Shown here piece by piece: positions 39,225-51,019 of a stretch of 64,000 nucleotides of DNA. The DNA is from Candidatus Latescibacterota bacterium (lineage in GTDB: Bacteria > Latescibacterota > UBA2968), in NCBI GenBank assembly GCA_965208125.1, contig OZ242320.1, positions 3,488,001-3,552,000 on the forward strand. The letters run 5' to 3'. The first letter of the stretch is position 1, and the number at the start of each line of letters is the position of its first letter. A program made the position numbers and the translations under genes. Below the pieces are notes generated by a model, which ran no database searches, had not been told where the DNA came from, and was given only the letters and a program-made list of their open reading frames with translations.

Positions 39225-41009
39225 TTAAGAATCTACCTCGCTGAATCCTTTGGGCAATTCTTCTCCTTTCACAAGTGCGGCCTTCAATGCGCGTGAGTGC
39301 TGACAATTTCCTCTGTATTGAAATCCACGGCAGGCACATGACACGTCGTTTCCATCTACTTCCAATTCGTAAAAAGCCCCTGGCCGTGACGAACTTTCCG
39401 CGCGATATTTTGCAATTTTGGGTCCACTCAACACCCGTGCCAAAATCTCAATAGCTTCTTGAGATGGTTGTTGGCTTTCGACCCGTTCTCCAGTACCAAA
39501 TGTCTCTGCATGCGCTTCTCGAAAAGCCGCGCTTGCCTCGCGCAACACTTCGCCCACTTGTGCGCTGTCTATATCCTCTGGCAAGGCATCTTGCAATACA
39601 TCCATAATGCGTCGCATTTCACCCATCACGTCGCGATGGAAATCTTCGGGTAGTGCGCTGCCTTCCACCATCTGATCGATCAAATCTGCTTTTGTTTCCA
39701 GCACTGTGCGTACAAATGTATCGACTGTATCGCGTCCAACCATATAAGTCACATTTACCATACCGGTCTGTCCAATGCGATAAGCCCGATCTTCGGCTTG
39801 CCAGTGATTGACGGGTACCCAGTCCAGATCGTTAAAAATGACCTGGCGAGCCGCTGTCAGGTTTAGCCCCACGCCACCCACTGTGATATTTGCCAGCAAC
39901 AATCGCACATCATCGTCTTCCTGAAACCGATCCGCCCTTTCTTGCCGTTGTGCTACCGGCACTTCACCTGTAATGACTACGGCTTGATCTCCGAATTTTG
40001 TTTTTAAAATTTCCAGTGGGCGCAAGAAGCACGAAAATACTATCGCTTTTTCGCCCTGATCTACTACATTTTCTACAAAGGGCAATGTCGTTCGCACTTT
40101 GGATGTCGCCAGGCGAAGCCTTGCCCTTGTCAACTGTCCCAGCGCGCGTCCCCGTTCTTCAGATGAGTGGGATTCTTCTAAAGCCTCTCGCACCCCTCGT
40201 CGAGAATATTTCCGCAGGAGACCCAGAACGGCTGTGCTCATTCGATGCGCGACCCGACTCGATACATCCACATCTAACCATGTCCGTATTTTGGGCGGCA
40301 AATCCAGGACCTGATTCTTGGTCCGCCGCAACATAATTCCGTGTAAGTGCACGGTTAGTTCTTCGATATTACTCGCACCATCCGTTACCCAGCCATATTC
40401 CCCCTTATACGCATCGCAATACCGTTTTGCAAATCCCATAAAACTGCGTCCCAGAGCATGCCGAGCAAGTTGTAGCAATGGAAAGAGATCCCTTGGACGA
40501 CTCGTCAGGGGCGTGCCCGTTAAGATATGCACCACTGTTTCTTCGGGCAATTGCTTTACCAGTTGTATAGAAAATTTGTGTCGCTGACTGCGGTGATTTT
40601 TTAAATAATGCGCCTCGTCAAAGACAACGCCTTTCCATCCCAGTGCGCATAACGCATTGATGTGCTTGCCCAGGATATCGTAGTTGACAATCGCCCAATC
40701 CTCAAACTCCGCTTCAGGGGGATCGTCCGGTCCAATAATCCATGTTTGTACACGAGGTAGAACTACCGCAATTTCTCTCGCCCAATTGCGTTTCACTGTC
40801 GCCGGACAAATCACCAGATACGGTCCCTGAGGTTCGGTTTGTGACATGGCAATTACGGACTGCCGCGTTTTGCCCAGCCCCATGTCATCGGCTAAGATCG
40901 ACCGCCGCCGTCCCATCAAAAACGCGATTCCCTCTACCTGATGTGGATAAAGTCCTTTGGCAATATCTGTTGCGCGATTGAGTGTTGCTGTGTCGAATGT
41001 TTCAGCCAT
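39225..41009 (-). CDS. SNF2-family helicase with C-terminal SWIM zinc finger
   Basis: LADDMGLGKT, DEAH, LTGTP, QAEDRAYRIGQ; CACRGFQYRGNCQH. Confidence 0.9.
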   Translation of the reverse strand: MAETFDTATLNRATDIAKGLYPHQVEGIAFLMGRRRSILADDMGLGKTRQSVIAMSQTEPQGPYLVICPATVKRNWAREIAVVLPRVQTWIIGPDDPPEAEFEDWAIVNYDILGKHINALCALGWKGVVFDEAHYLKNHRSQRHKFSIQLVKQLPEETVVHILTGTPLTSRPRDLFPLLQLARHALGRSFMGFAKRYCDAYKGEYGWVTDGASNIEELTVHLHGIMLRRTKNQVLDLPPKIRTWLDVDVSSRVAHRMSTAVLGLLRKYSRRGVREALEESHSSEERGRALGQLTRARLRLATSKVRTTLPFVENVVDQGEKAIVFSCFLRPLEILKTKFGDQAVVITGEVPVAQRQERADRFQEDDDVRLLLANITVGGVGLNLTAARQVIFNDLDWVPVNHWQAEDRAYRIGQTGMVNVTYMVGRDTVDTFVRTVLETKADLIDQMVEGSALPEDFHRDVMGEMRRIMDVLQDALPEDIDSAQVGEVLREASAAFREAHAETFGTGERVESQQPSQEAIEILARVLSGPKIAKYRAESSSRPGAFYELEVDGNDVSCACRGFQYRGNCQHSRALKAALVKGEELPKGFSEVDS

Positions 41010-41035
41010 AGAGATGACCTGTTTGGTGAATTTAG

Positions 41036-42607
<1,572 letters not shown>

Positions 42608-42636
42608 GACGAGGGTTATCTGTTTTAGTACATGAC

Positions 42637-42675
42637 AAAGCGCTGTGCAGAAGTGCTCTGCACAGCGCTTTTTTT
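42637..42675. terminator. Bidirectional terminator between ilvC and the RND gene
   Basis: AAAGCGCTGTGCAG-aagtgct-CTGCACAGCGCTTT followed by TTTT. Confidence 0.85.
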
Positions 42676-42691
42676 AAGGTATTGATGCGAT

Positions 42692-45600
42692 TCAGGCTCT
42701 TTTTGCCACGGCCACAATCCGCTTTGTATATCCCGACAGGTCATCCATGAGCGAATATATGGTGGGCAGGATGACGAGGGTGAGGATAGTAGAGATCGAG
42801 AGGCCAGAGATAATGACCAGACCAATTGGTCCCCAGCGTCTGGCATTGCCTTCGGCATTGCCGTAAATCATCGGGATAACCAGTGGCGTAAGCCCCAGGA
42901 TAGTCGTGGTTGCAGTCATTAAAATGGGACGCAGACGATCTTGTCCACCGCGCAAGATCGCATCCCTTCGATATAGCCCCTGCTTGCGATAGCGATTGAT
43001 GTGGTCGATTAATACAATGCCGTTGTTGACCACAATGCCAAACAAAATGAGCAATCCATAAGTCGCATTGCTGTCCAGCGCAATGCCGAATATGTAAAGT
43101 CCCAATGCGACGCCTATAAATGCAAAACTGATGGAAAACATGATGGTAAATGGATGGATGTACGATTCAAATAGCGATGCCATGATGAGATAAATGAGCA
43201 GTGCCGCGAAAATCATAGTGAAATTTGTTTCACCCTCTTCAGAAGACATATAACGGAACCGTCGATCCATTTGCCAGCTATACCCATTGGGCAATGGGAT
43301 GGCGTCCATGCGGTCGCGCATTTCATAACCGACCTTTTGCACCTCCGATGCTTCCGTATTTGCAAATACGGTTACGGTTGACATTCGATCCTGACGCTCG
43401 ATGGATTGGGGACCTTTGGTCAATTCAAAGTCGGCCAGGCTGGCAAATGAAATCATAGTGCCGCGGTTGTTTTCAAAGGAGAGGGTCTTGAGTTGGTCCA
43501 GCGTGGCGCGATCCTCTTCCCGCAATTGCAGCGCAATGTCGATTTCTCCATCTGGCGTTTTGAATTTGCTATTTCCACGAGAACCCAATGCCGTGGCAAC
43601 TGTTGTGGCTATTTGCTGCGGTGACAGGCCGTATTGTTGCGCGCGGTCTCTCCTCACCGATACCCTGATTTCTTCTGCGCCACTTTCCAGGCTGGTTTCC
43701 ACGTCGTGAATGCCCTCGATATCGTCCATTCGCAGCCGAATATCTTCAGCTAAAATCGCCAGCACTTCGGGATTTCGCCCTTTGATTTCTACTCCGACGC
43801 CCGTGGCACTGCTGCCACCACGCCTGAAGCCAGCCTTAAAACGCACGCCAGGGATATCTTTGGGCAACAAAGCACTTACCTGTTTTTTTACATCATCTGT
43901 GCTGAGCGGGCTTTCTTCGACGGGTTTTAAGTACAAATAAATCGTATTGCCACGTCGGGTACTAAATCGCGTTTTTATCGCTTCGATATCCAGTTCTTCC
44001 TTGTGCGGGATGATAATGGCTTCAATCTGTTTAAAAAGCGCGAGTGCGTCGTCGATATCGTACGTTCGCGGCATTTCCACCATATAACCCACCATGCGGT
44101 CGGGTTGGTAGCGATAGCGCTGTACTTCAATTTTGGTAAAGATGTATATGCCGCCAAAGAGGATAAATGTCGCGACGACAACGGTGGTCCAGCGATAGTG
44201 CAGGGTTGTGCTAATTACGCGCGTATAAACACCTTTGAGGCCGAGATGTCGAAACCGGAAATAGAGATAGCCGATTGTGGCGGCAAATGCGCCCAGCGCG
44301 ATCCACGCGCCTATTGGCACGGTTGAAAGTCCGCCCAAGATCCACAGGGTATTATCTTTGAGCCAGGTGATCGATTCGACAATGCCTTTCTGGTATATGA
44401 GATACGCCGCGCCTGTGGCAAATAAAGTGCCCAATCCAATTTTCAGGAAGAGATCGACGCGAGTACCTGCATTTGAAAATGCTCGAGAGCAGGCCAGAGG
44501 TATGAGTGTCAAAGCCACGCATAGTGCGGCTACGACTGCAATGCACACGGTGATGGCAAAATCGCGCATCCACATTGTATTGTACGAGCCAGAAATGAAG
44601 ATGAGGGGTACAAATACACATATTGTCGTCAGTGCCGCCGCCAGTACGGGTATGCCGATTTCACGGCTGCCCTCAATCGCTGCGGTTCGAGTGCCATCGC
44701 CTACATCGAAACGCCTGCGATAAATATTTTCCAGAGCCACGACCGCTGGATCGACCAGCATCCCAATGGCGACCATTAAACCCATCATCGAGATCATGTT
44801 CAGCGTGATAGTTGATCCAAACACTTGCCGCATCAGATACATGATCATGAAAACGCACAATACCGAAATGGGAATGGCCGACCCCACAATGAGCGTGCTG
44901 CGGAAGTTTCGCAAAAAGACAAAAATGATGCCAATAGCCAGCATGCCGCCCAACATGGCGGATTGCCCCAGGCTGGCGATACCCTTTACCACTGCTTCTG
45001 ATTGGTCTCGGCGCAAGTGCAATCTCAATTTGTCGCGTCCAATTTCATCTTGAAGGGCGTCTAACTCTGCCCGGACCAGTCGGCAGGTTTCTACCAGATT
45101 GGCTGTAGAGGTTTTGCGAATTTCCATAGAGACCACATCGCGCCCGTCCATGCGTTCAAAATATCGCTTTTCCGGATAGTCGTAACTCACCTGCGCCACA
45201 TCTTTTATTTCCAGACCATTGGGAAGCGTGAGATCGCGTATTTGATCCACTTCATCAAATTCGCCCACTGCCCGCACCGCGAGGCGTTTGTTGCCCTCTG
45301 TGACATAACCGCCGGAAATATTGATGTTGTTGGAGCGTATCGTTCTGTTGAGGGTGCGAATGTCTAAGCCATGGGCGTGCATGCGGTTTTTATCGACATC
45401 GACTCTGAGTATTCTTTCGTCGGCGCCTTCCATTTCGACATTGCCCACCCCGGGGATGCGTTGCAAACGCGGTAAGATTGTGTTTTTATATACCGTAGCA
45501 AGTTCAGATTGATTATCGCCCAGCCAGATCATATTGTAGTCCAGAATTTCCCAATCTGCCGAGTCCCATCTGCGCATTTCAATGCGTTCGAGGTCTTCGG

Positions 45601-45958
45601 GGAGTTGGTTCCGAACTTGATCGACGCGATCCCGAACCTGAATAGATTTGAGATCCATGTCGGTACCGTAGTCGAATTCCATGAAGACATAACCTCGACT
45701 GTCATAGGATCGCGCGCGGAGTGATTCAATGCCGGGAATCGTGCCCAGTATCTCTTCGATTGGCTTGGTAATTTTCTTTTCGATCTCTTCGGGCGATGAC
45801 GAGGGATATGAAAAGCTCACATACATCCTGGGATACTGCAAGTCGGGAGCGTATTCGAGGGGTAATCTGAATAGGGAAATAAAACCCATGACTATGAGAC
45901 TGAGCGCTATCATTACAGCAGTAATGGGCTTTTGGATCGCATATTCCGAGAGTTTCAT
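42692..45958 (-). CDS. RND efflux transporter permease (AcrB/AcrD/AcrF family)
   Basis: ITKPIEE, AIPISV, GMLVD, FESYIHP, RLRPILMT. Confidence 0.93.
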   Translation of the reverse strand: MKLSEYAIQKPITAVMIALSLIVMGFISLFRLPLEYAPDLQYPRMYVSFSYPSSSPEEIEKKITKPIEEILGTIPGIESLRARSYDSRGYVFMEFDYGTDMDLKSIQVRDRVDQVRNQLPEDLERIEMRRWDSADWEILDYNMIWLGDNQSELATVYKNTILPRLQRIPGVGNVEMEGADERILRVDVDKNRMHAHGLDIRTLNRTIRSNNINISGGYVTEGNKRLAVRAVGEFDEVDQIRDLTLPNGLEIKDVAQVSYDYPEKRYFERMDGRDVVSMEIRKTSTANLVETCRLVRAELDALQDEIGRDKLRLHLRRDQSEAVVKGIASLGQSAMLGGMLAIGIIFVFLRNFRSTLIVGSAIPISVLCVFMIMYLMRQVFGSTITLNMISMMGLMVAIGMLVDPAVVALENIYRRRFDVGDGTRTAAIEGSREIGIPVLAAALTTICVFVPLIFISGSYNTMWMRDFAITVCIAVVAALCVALTLIPLACSRAFSNAGTRVDLFLKIGLGTLFATGAAYLIYQKGIVESITWLKDNTLWILGGLSTVPIGAWIALGAFAATIGYLYFRFRHLGLKGVYTRVISTTLHYRWTTVVVATFILFGGIYIFTKIEVQRYRYQPDRMVGYMVEMPRTYDIDDALALFKQIEAIIIPHKEELDIEAIKTRFSTRRGNTIYLYLKPVEESPLSTDDVKKQVSALLPKDIPGVRFKAGFRRGGSSATGVGVEIKGRNPEVLAILAEDIRLRMDDIEGIHDVETSLESGAEEIRVSVRRDRAQQYGLSPQQIATTVATALGSRGNSKFKTPDGEIDIALQLREEDRATLDQLKTLSFENNRGTMISFASLADFELTKGPQSIERQDRMSTVTVFANTEASEVQKVGYEMRDRMDAIPLPNGYSWQMDRRFRYMSSEEGETNFTMIFAALLIYLIMASLFESYIHPFTIMFSISFAFIGVALGLYIFGIALDSNATYGLLILFGIVVNNGIVLIDHINRYRKQGLYRRDAILRGGQDRLRPILMTATTTILGLTPLVIPMIYGNAEGNARRWGPIGLVIISGLSISTILTLVILPTIYSLMDDLSGYTKRIVAVAKRA

Positions 45959-46220
45959 AAACGGACCTCAAAAAGGTAAAGTTGCAGGTTGAAGTAAAGA
46001 GTGAGACGCGAATCTCAGGGGGCGTTCATCAGTGGCTGAGACTGATTTCGCTAAGTAACCATTTACTTACTTATGGATAATATACAACATTTCGCTGCAA
46101 AAGCAACCACAGTTTTTTTAAAATTTCACCGTTACAGAAAAGACTTGCGATTTTGTTTCAATAGATATTTCATGCTGAAGTTTGGAACATACACACATTT
46201 ACTTTTTAAAGGAGACTCCA

Positions 46221-47102
46221 ATGGGCAATCGCGTCAATCGCGCAGTTGAATTGCTTTCAGAAGATCAACCGATCTATTACACGGGGGCACACACAGGGCA
46301 TGTGCTTACGTTTGAACAGGGGCAGAATGATGCCAGTACCTGGGCGGATTATATCAATGTGGGTATGGAACACGGGGCTTTTAATCTGGGAGGGCTTGAC
46401 GACTATATGCGCGGTCTGGTGAGCGGAGGACCTACAAATAGTGGACACAGGACGCCCGCTGTTATTGTTGAAGCTCCGGTGGAGGGCGCGTCGGAAAATA
46501 TCGTGCGCTACAATGCCTGGCAATTTCGACAGATTCTCGCGCGCGGTGTACACGGTATTTTGCTCTGTCAGGCGGAATCGCCCGATGCGATACGCGCTTT
46601 TGTCGAATCGTGTCGCTATCCCATTAACAAAAGTGGTGTTGGACATGGCCTCAGTACGGGGACGCGAGGCGTGGGGTCCGAATCGTCTGCTGCAGCGATA
46701 TGGGGTGTTAGCCGCGATGAGTACATTCAGAAGGCCGATCCCTATCCGCTGAATCCCGATGGCGAGTTGCTGCTGGGCATCAAGATTGAGAATGTGCGCG
46801 GTGCGTCCAATATCGAACAGATTCTCAAGGTGCCCGGTATTGGGTTTGCCGAAATGGGGCCGGGTGATTTGAGTATGTCGATGGGGTATTTGCACCGTCC
46901 AACGCCTTTTCCACCCGAAATGCAAGAGGTGAGGGATCGCGTGAAGGCCGCGTGTGCAGAAAATGGCGTTGCTTTTCTCGAGGGGGGTAGTCCCGAGACG
47001 GTTACCGCAAAAATAGACGAGGGCGTGCGCGTGGTTTCCGGTGGCAGAGAAGAGATCGCGCGTATTGGACGCGAATATTCAGGCCGTCGTATGCCGGTTT
47101 AA
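46221..47102 (+). CDS. HpcH/HpaI aldolase/citrate-lyase family protein
   Basis: MEHG, KIEN, GPGDLSMSMG; AAGGAG RBS. Confidence 0.85.
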   Translation: MGNRVNRAVELLSEDQPIYYTGAHTGHVLTFEQGQNDASTWADYINVGMEHGAFNLGGLDDYMRGLVSGGPTNSGHRTPAVIVEAPVEGASENIVRYNAWQFRQILARGVHGILLCQAESPDAIRAFVESCRYPINKSGVGHGLSTGTRGVGSESSAAAIWGVSRDEYIQKADPYPLNPDGELLLGIKIENVRGASNIEQILKVPGIGFAEMGPGDLSMSMGYLHRPTPFPPEMQEVRDRVKAACAENGVAFLEGGSPETVTAKIDEGVRVVSGGREEIARIGREYSGRRMPV

Positions 47103-47135
47103 AAAAATAGGGCTGTGCGATGTTTGCACAGCCCT
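47103..47135. terminator. Terminator between convergent genes
   Basis: A-tract followed by AGGGCTGTGCGA-tgt-TTGCACAGCCCT stem. Confidence 0.7.
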
Positions 47136-47157
47136 GGAGGTCCGATTTAATACGCGC

Positions 47158-47631
47158 TTAAAATGGATTGCCCTCGCGCGCCAGCTCAAATTTTCGCCAG
47201 CCGACTTGTTTGTTATCTTCGAATACTTTTTCTATCGCGTAAAAGGAGGACGGATCGTATTCTCGCCAGACGCCCGTTTTTTTCCCCTCCAAATATCGGC
47301 CTTCTTCTTTTTTTACACCGTTTCTAAAATAAGATATCCAATACCCGTCTTTTACACCATTTGTCCAGTTGCCTTCTATTTTTTTCTGTCCGTTGCTGTA
47401 AAATGTGATTTCAAGCCCGTCTTGCATGACACCATTTTGGTATGTGCCTTGCCCGCGCACGTTGCCTGCGGTATCGTAATATGTCCAAACCCCAGTGCGA
47501 TCGCCGCTGTCGTATTGCCCTTCTGCCACTACGCGGCCGTATTGTTTTATTTGTGTCTGTCCTTCAAATAGTGAGGGCATCTGACACCCGGCTGTGAGCA
47601 TTCCCACGAGAAGAATTACAACTTTGAACAT
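47158..47631 (-). CDS. MORN-variant repeat (YwqK-like) lipoprotein
   Basis: Lipobox LTAGC; repeats G-x-W-x-x-Y...NG..K.EG.Y..G. Confidence 0.8.
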   Translation of the reverse strand: MFKVVILLVGMLTAGCQMPSLFEGQTQIKQYGRVVAEGQYDSGDRTGVWTYYDTAGNVRGQGTYQNGVMQDGLEITFYSNGQKKIEGNWTNGVKDGYWISYFRNGVKKEEGRYLEGKKTGVWREYDPSSFYAIEKVFEDNKQVGWRKFELAREGNPF

Positions 47632-47873
47632 TTTTTTCTCCTGTTTCTTTGATGGATGTTTTAATGTAATATAACTAATATACAAAACTGCTTTCACAAG
47701 GCAAAGATGAAATGACAAATGACGTGTTTAATGCTTGTGCGTGTGCATAATATTATACCGGCTCTCAACTGCAAAGCGATTGCACTCAACGATCTCTTTA
47801 TTGTCACAATCGTCCTCTCTTCGTTATTTTTATTTTACAAACGGTTCGCCCATCGTGCGATAAAAAGTCCAAT

Positions 47874-48599
47874 ATGTTACTCACCGAACTCGGCCAACGC
47901 CTTCGCGCTCAACGGGAACGCCTTGGTCTCAAGCAAAACGACATTGCCAATGCCCTGCAGGTAAGCCCACAGGCCGTTTCCAAGTGGGAAAGAGGTGAAA
48001 ACGGTCCAGATATTGCTACTCTCGGACCGCTTGCCAGATTGCTCGGCGTTTCTACGGACTGGCTTTTGGATGCACATGGCGAAAATCAAGATGTTTTTGA
48101 TGCTACTATCTTCACCTCTACAGTTGTCGGTGCATACCAAAAATCATTACAAATGGAAGCGCGGGAGTTTGCAGCCTGGGCAAATGGTATTTTGTTTCAA
48201 CTGACCGAAGCTGTTTTGCGCCACGATGGCGTTCCGCTCAGATATATGGGAGACGCATTTTTGTGTTTTTTTTCTGGCGTTCACCATCAGCTTCGCGCTG
48301 TCCAGGCAGCGGCATTTTCTCAGCGGCTCATCAGTGAGGACCTGGTTATCGGCTTGAGTAGTGGTGAGATTTATTTGGGCGCAATGGGGCATCCCGATTA
48401 CGCCCATCCCGATGTGACAGGCGAAGTGGTCAACATCGCATTTATTGTCCGAGAATGGGCAGAAACAAATGTCCGCAAAGGAATTGCAGCAACGACATCC
48501 GTATTGAACAATCTCGATGAAGTTTTTGACATTTCCCAACCCACAGAAATCAATTTTCGCGGCATCAAAACGCCCATCTCAATTTGTCAGGTCAGATAG
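47874..48599 (+). CDS. XRE-family HTH regulator fused to a degenerate class III adenylate/guanylate cyclase domain
   Basis: RERLGLKQ..VSPQAVSKWERG..P..LGVSTDWLL; YMGDAF, IGLSSGE..G, TGEVVNIA. Confidence 0.82.
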   Translation: MLLTELGQRLRAQRERLGLKQNDIANALQVSPQAVSKWERGENGPDIATLGPLARLLGVSTDWLLDAHGENQDVFDATIFTSTVVGAYQKSLQMEAREFAAWANGILFQLTEAVLRHDGVPLRYMGDAFLCFFSGVHHQLRAVQAAAFSQRLISEDLVIGLSSGEIYLGAMGHPDYAHPDVTGEVVNIAFIVREWAETNVRKGIAATTSVLNNLDEVFDISQPTEINFRGIKTPISICQVR

Positions 48600-48644
48600 G
48601 GGAGTTCCCTGCCCGCGTGTGCCAACCGAGAGAAAGGATAAAAT

Positions 48645-50096
48645 ATGGCCGATATAGTGTTGCCCGATAGCGCGACTGATATTCAAATTCCCGATTATTC
48701 GCATCTGCTCTATAAAGTCGCCGATATGTCTCAGGCAGATTTTGGACGGAAAGAGATCACAATTGCCGAGCGCGAAATGCCCGGTTTGATGGCTGTGCGC
48801 GAGAAATACGCAGATCAGAAACCTCTGAAGGGTGCTCGCATAATGGGGTCTTTGCACATGACGATTCAGACAGCTGTGTTGATCGAGTCGCTCAAAGTGC
48901 TGGGAGCCGATGTGCGCTGGGCATCGTGCAATATTTTTTCAACGCAGGATCACGCCGCTGCCGCGATTGCGGAAACAGGTACGCCGGTTTATGCGTGGAA
49001 GGGCGAGTCGCTGGAAGAATACTGGGAATGCACTTTGCAAGCACTCAATTTTGTGGAGGGTGGACCGACTCTTATTGTCGATGATGGCGGGGATGCGACG
49101 CTGCTGGTTCACCGGGGGTATCAGGCAGAAGACGATCCTTCGATTCTCGATGAGCCGACTGATAATCGCGAATTGGAGATTGTCAATGCTGTGCTCAGGC
49201 GGCAACTCGAACGCAATCCGCGTTTTTGGCACAATATGGCCGCGGATATTCAGGGCGTGTCAGAGGAGACCACAACGGGTGTTCACCGCCTGTATCAGAT
49301 GCGGGATGACGGCACTCTTCTTTTTCCTGCGATCAATGTCAATGATTCGGTGACCAAATCGAAATTCGATAATCTCTATGGTTGCCGCGAGTCGCTCGCC
49401 GATGGTATTAAGCGCGCGACAGATGTTATGGTCGCAGGGAAGGTCGTTTGCGTGTGCGGTTACGGCGATGTGGGCAAGGGTTGTGCCCAATCTATGCGCG
49501 GATTTGGCGCGCGCGTGTTGGTGACGGAGATCGACCCGATATGTGCTTTGCAAGCGGCGATGGAGGGGTTTGAAGTGACGACTGTAGAAGATGCCCTTTC
49601 CGAAGCCAATATTTTTGTTACGACGACGGGCAATACGGATATTATCCGCATTGAGCACATGGAAAATATGCTCGATCAATCCATTGTGTGCAATATCGGG
49701 CATTTTGACAATGAGATTCAGGTCGATAAGCTGGTCGATTATACGGGTATTGTGCACGAAAATATCAAGCCGCAGGTCGATAAATACACGTTTCCAGATG
49801 GGCGTGCGATCTTTTTGCTCGCAGAAGGCCGTCTGGTCAATCTCGGCTGCGCGACCGGGCATCCTTCTTTTGTGATGTCCAATTCGTTTACCAATCAGGT
49901 GCTGGCGCAGATGGATCTTTGGGCACAGCAGCGCGAAGTCGGCGTTTATACCCTGCCCAAACACCTCGATGAAGAGGTTGCGCGCCTTCATCTTGAAAAA
50001 CTGGGTGTAAAGTTGACCCAACTCACGCAGAAGCAGGCCGATTATATTGGCGTGTCCGTCGAAGGTCCGTACAAACCCGGTCATTACCGGTATTAA
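48645..50096 (+). CDS. ahcY: S-adenosylhomocysteine hydrolase
   Basis: [37 protein letters not shown]. Confidence 0.98.
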   Translation: MADIVLPDSATDIQIPDYSHLLYKVADMSQADFGRKEITIAEREMPGLMAVREKYADQKPLKGARIMGSLHMTIQTAVLIESLKVLGADVRWASCNIFSTQDHAAAAIAETGTPVYAWKGESLEEYWECTLQALNFVEGGPTLIVDDGGDATLLVHRGYQAEDDPSILDEPTDNRELEIVNAVLRRQLERNPRFWHNMAADIQGVSEETTTGVHRLYQMRDDGTLLFPAINVNDSVTKSKFDNLYGCRESLADGIKRATDVMVAGKVVCVCGYGDVGKGCAQSMRGFGARVLVTEIDPICALQAAMEGFEVTTVEDALSEANIFVTTTGNTDIIRIEHMENMLDQSIVCNIGHFDNEIQVDKLVDYTGIVHENIKPQVDKYTFPDGRAIFLLAEGRLVNLGCATGHPSFVMSNSFTNQVLAQMDLWAQQREVGVYTLPKHLDEEVARLHLEKLGVKLTQLTQKQADYIGVSVEGPYKPGHYRY

Positions 50097-50140
50097 CGCT
50101 CAGGGGCTGGGAGATAAGCTCTCAGCCCCAGCCCTATTTT

Positions 50141-51019
50141 ATGCGATTTTTAGACTATTTTACCGGCAATCAACCGGTCATTTCCTTTGAGATTTATCCG
50201 CCGCAGACGCAGGGTGGTATGCGCGCCCTCAAAGCGCGGGTTATTCCCAATTTGCTCAAGCTGAATCCCAGTTATATGACGGTTACGTATGGCGCGGGTG
50301 GTTCTACGCGCGCCAAAACGCTGGAGATTGCCTCGTTTATCCAGAATGAGTTTGGTCTGACCGCGGCGTGTCATCTCACCTGTGTGGGGTCGTCCCGAAC
50401 AGATATCGATGATATTCTGAAGGCGATTCGCACAGAGGGTATTCGCAATATTGTCGCGCTTCGCGGCGATCCCCCTCGCGGAGAGGATACTTTTGTGCCC
50501 GCAAAAGATGGATTTGCATACGGCAATGAGCTTGTGGCGCATATTCGCAGTGCAGAACCGAAAGATGATGGGTTTGGGTTGGCTGTTGCAGGATATCCCG
50601 AGAAACACCTCGAAGCGCCCGATTTCGATACGGATATTGCAAATCTGAAGCGGAAAGTTGAATCTGGTGGGGATATTGTTATTACACAGCTTTTCTATAA
50701 TAACGATTACTTTTTTCGCTTTGTCGATCGCGTGCGCGCAGCCCATATCACAGCACCTGTTGTTCCGGGTCTGATGCCGATTCTCTCGGCAGGGCAGATC
50801 CAGCGCATCGCGTCTCTATGTGGGGCTGAGATTCCCGGAGATTTGCAGGATCAACTCAAGGGGGCTGTGGATGATGAAGACAAGGCGATGAAAATTGGGG
50901 TAGATCAGTGTATCGCTCAGGCAACCGAATTGCTCGAACAGGGTGTGCCGGGTATTCACTTTTACGTGCTCAACAAATCCACTCACATGCGCCGGATTAT
51001 CAGTGCGCTTCCTCTCTAA
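50141..51019 (+). CDS. metF: 5,10-methylenetetrahydrofolate reductase
   Basis: SFEIYPP, VTYGAGGS, ALRGDPP, AGYPEKH, ITQLF, HFYVLN. Confidence 0.95.
   Translation: MRFLDYFTGNQPVISFEIYPPQTQGGMRALKARVIPNLLKLNPSYMTVTYGAGGSTRAKTLEIASFIQNEFGLTAACHLTCVGSSRTDIDDILKAIRTEGIRNIVALRGDPPRGEDTFVPAKDGFAYGNELVAHIRSAEPKDDGFGLAVAGYPEKHLEAPDFDTDIANLKRKVESGGDIVITQLFYNNDYFFRFVDRVRAAHITAPVVPGLMPILSAGQIQRIASLCGAEIPGDLQDQLKGAVDDEDKAMKIGVDQCIAQATELLEQGVPGIHFYVLNKSTHMRRIISALPL

Noticed and set aside
45990-46060. CTGATGA and GAAA on the minus strand suggesting a hammerhead ribozyme or fluoride riboswitch
   Set aside because: Spacing is too short for hammerhead stems I and III, and the fluoride riboswitch 5' consensus is absent
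42637-47135. Similar GCTGTGC/GCACAGC hairpins at 42637 and 47109 as a REP/MITE family
   Set aside because: Only two short copies, both adequately explained as terminators between convergent genes
48600-48644. SAH or SAM riboswitch before ahcY
   Set aside because: Only 45 bp, with no match to the consensus elements I can recognise; an Rfam scan would settle it
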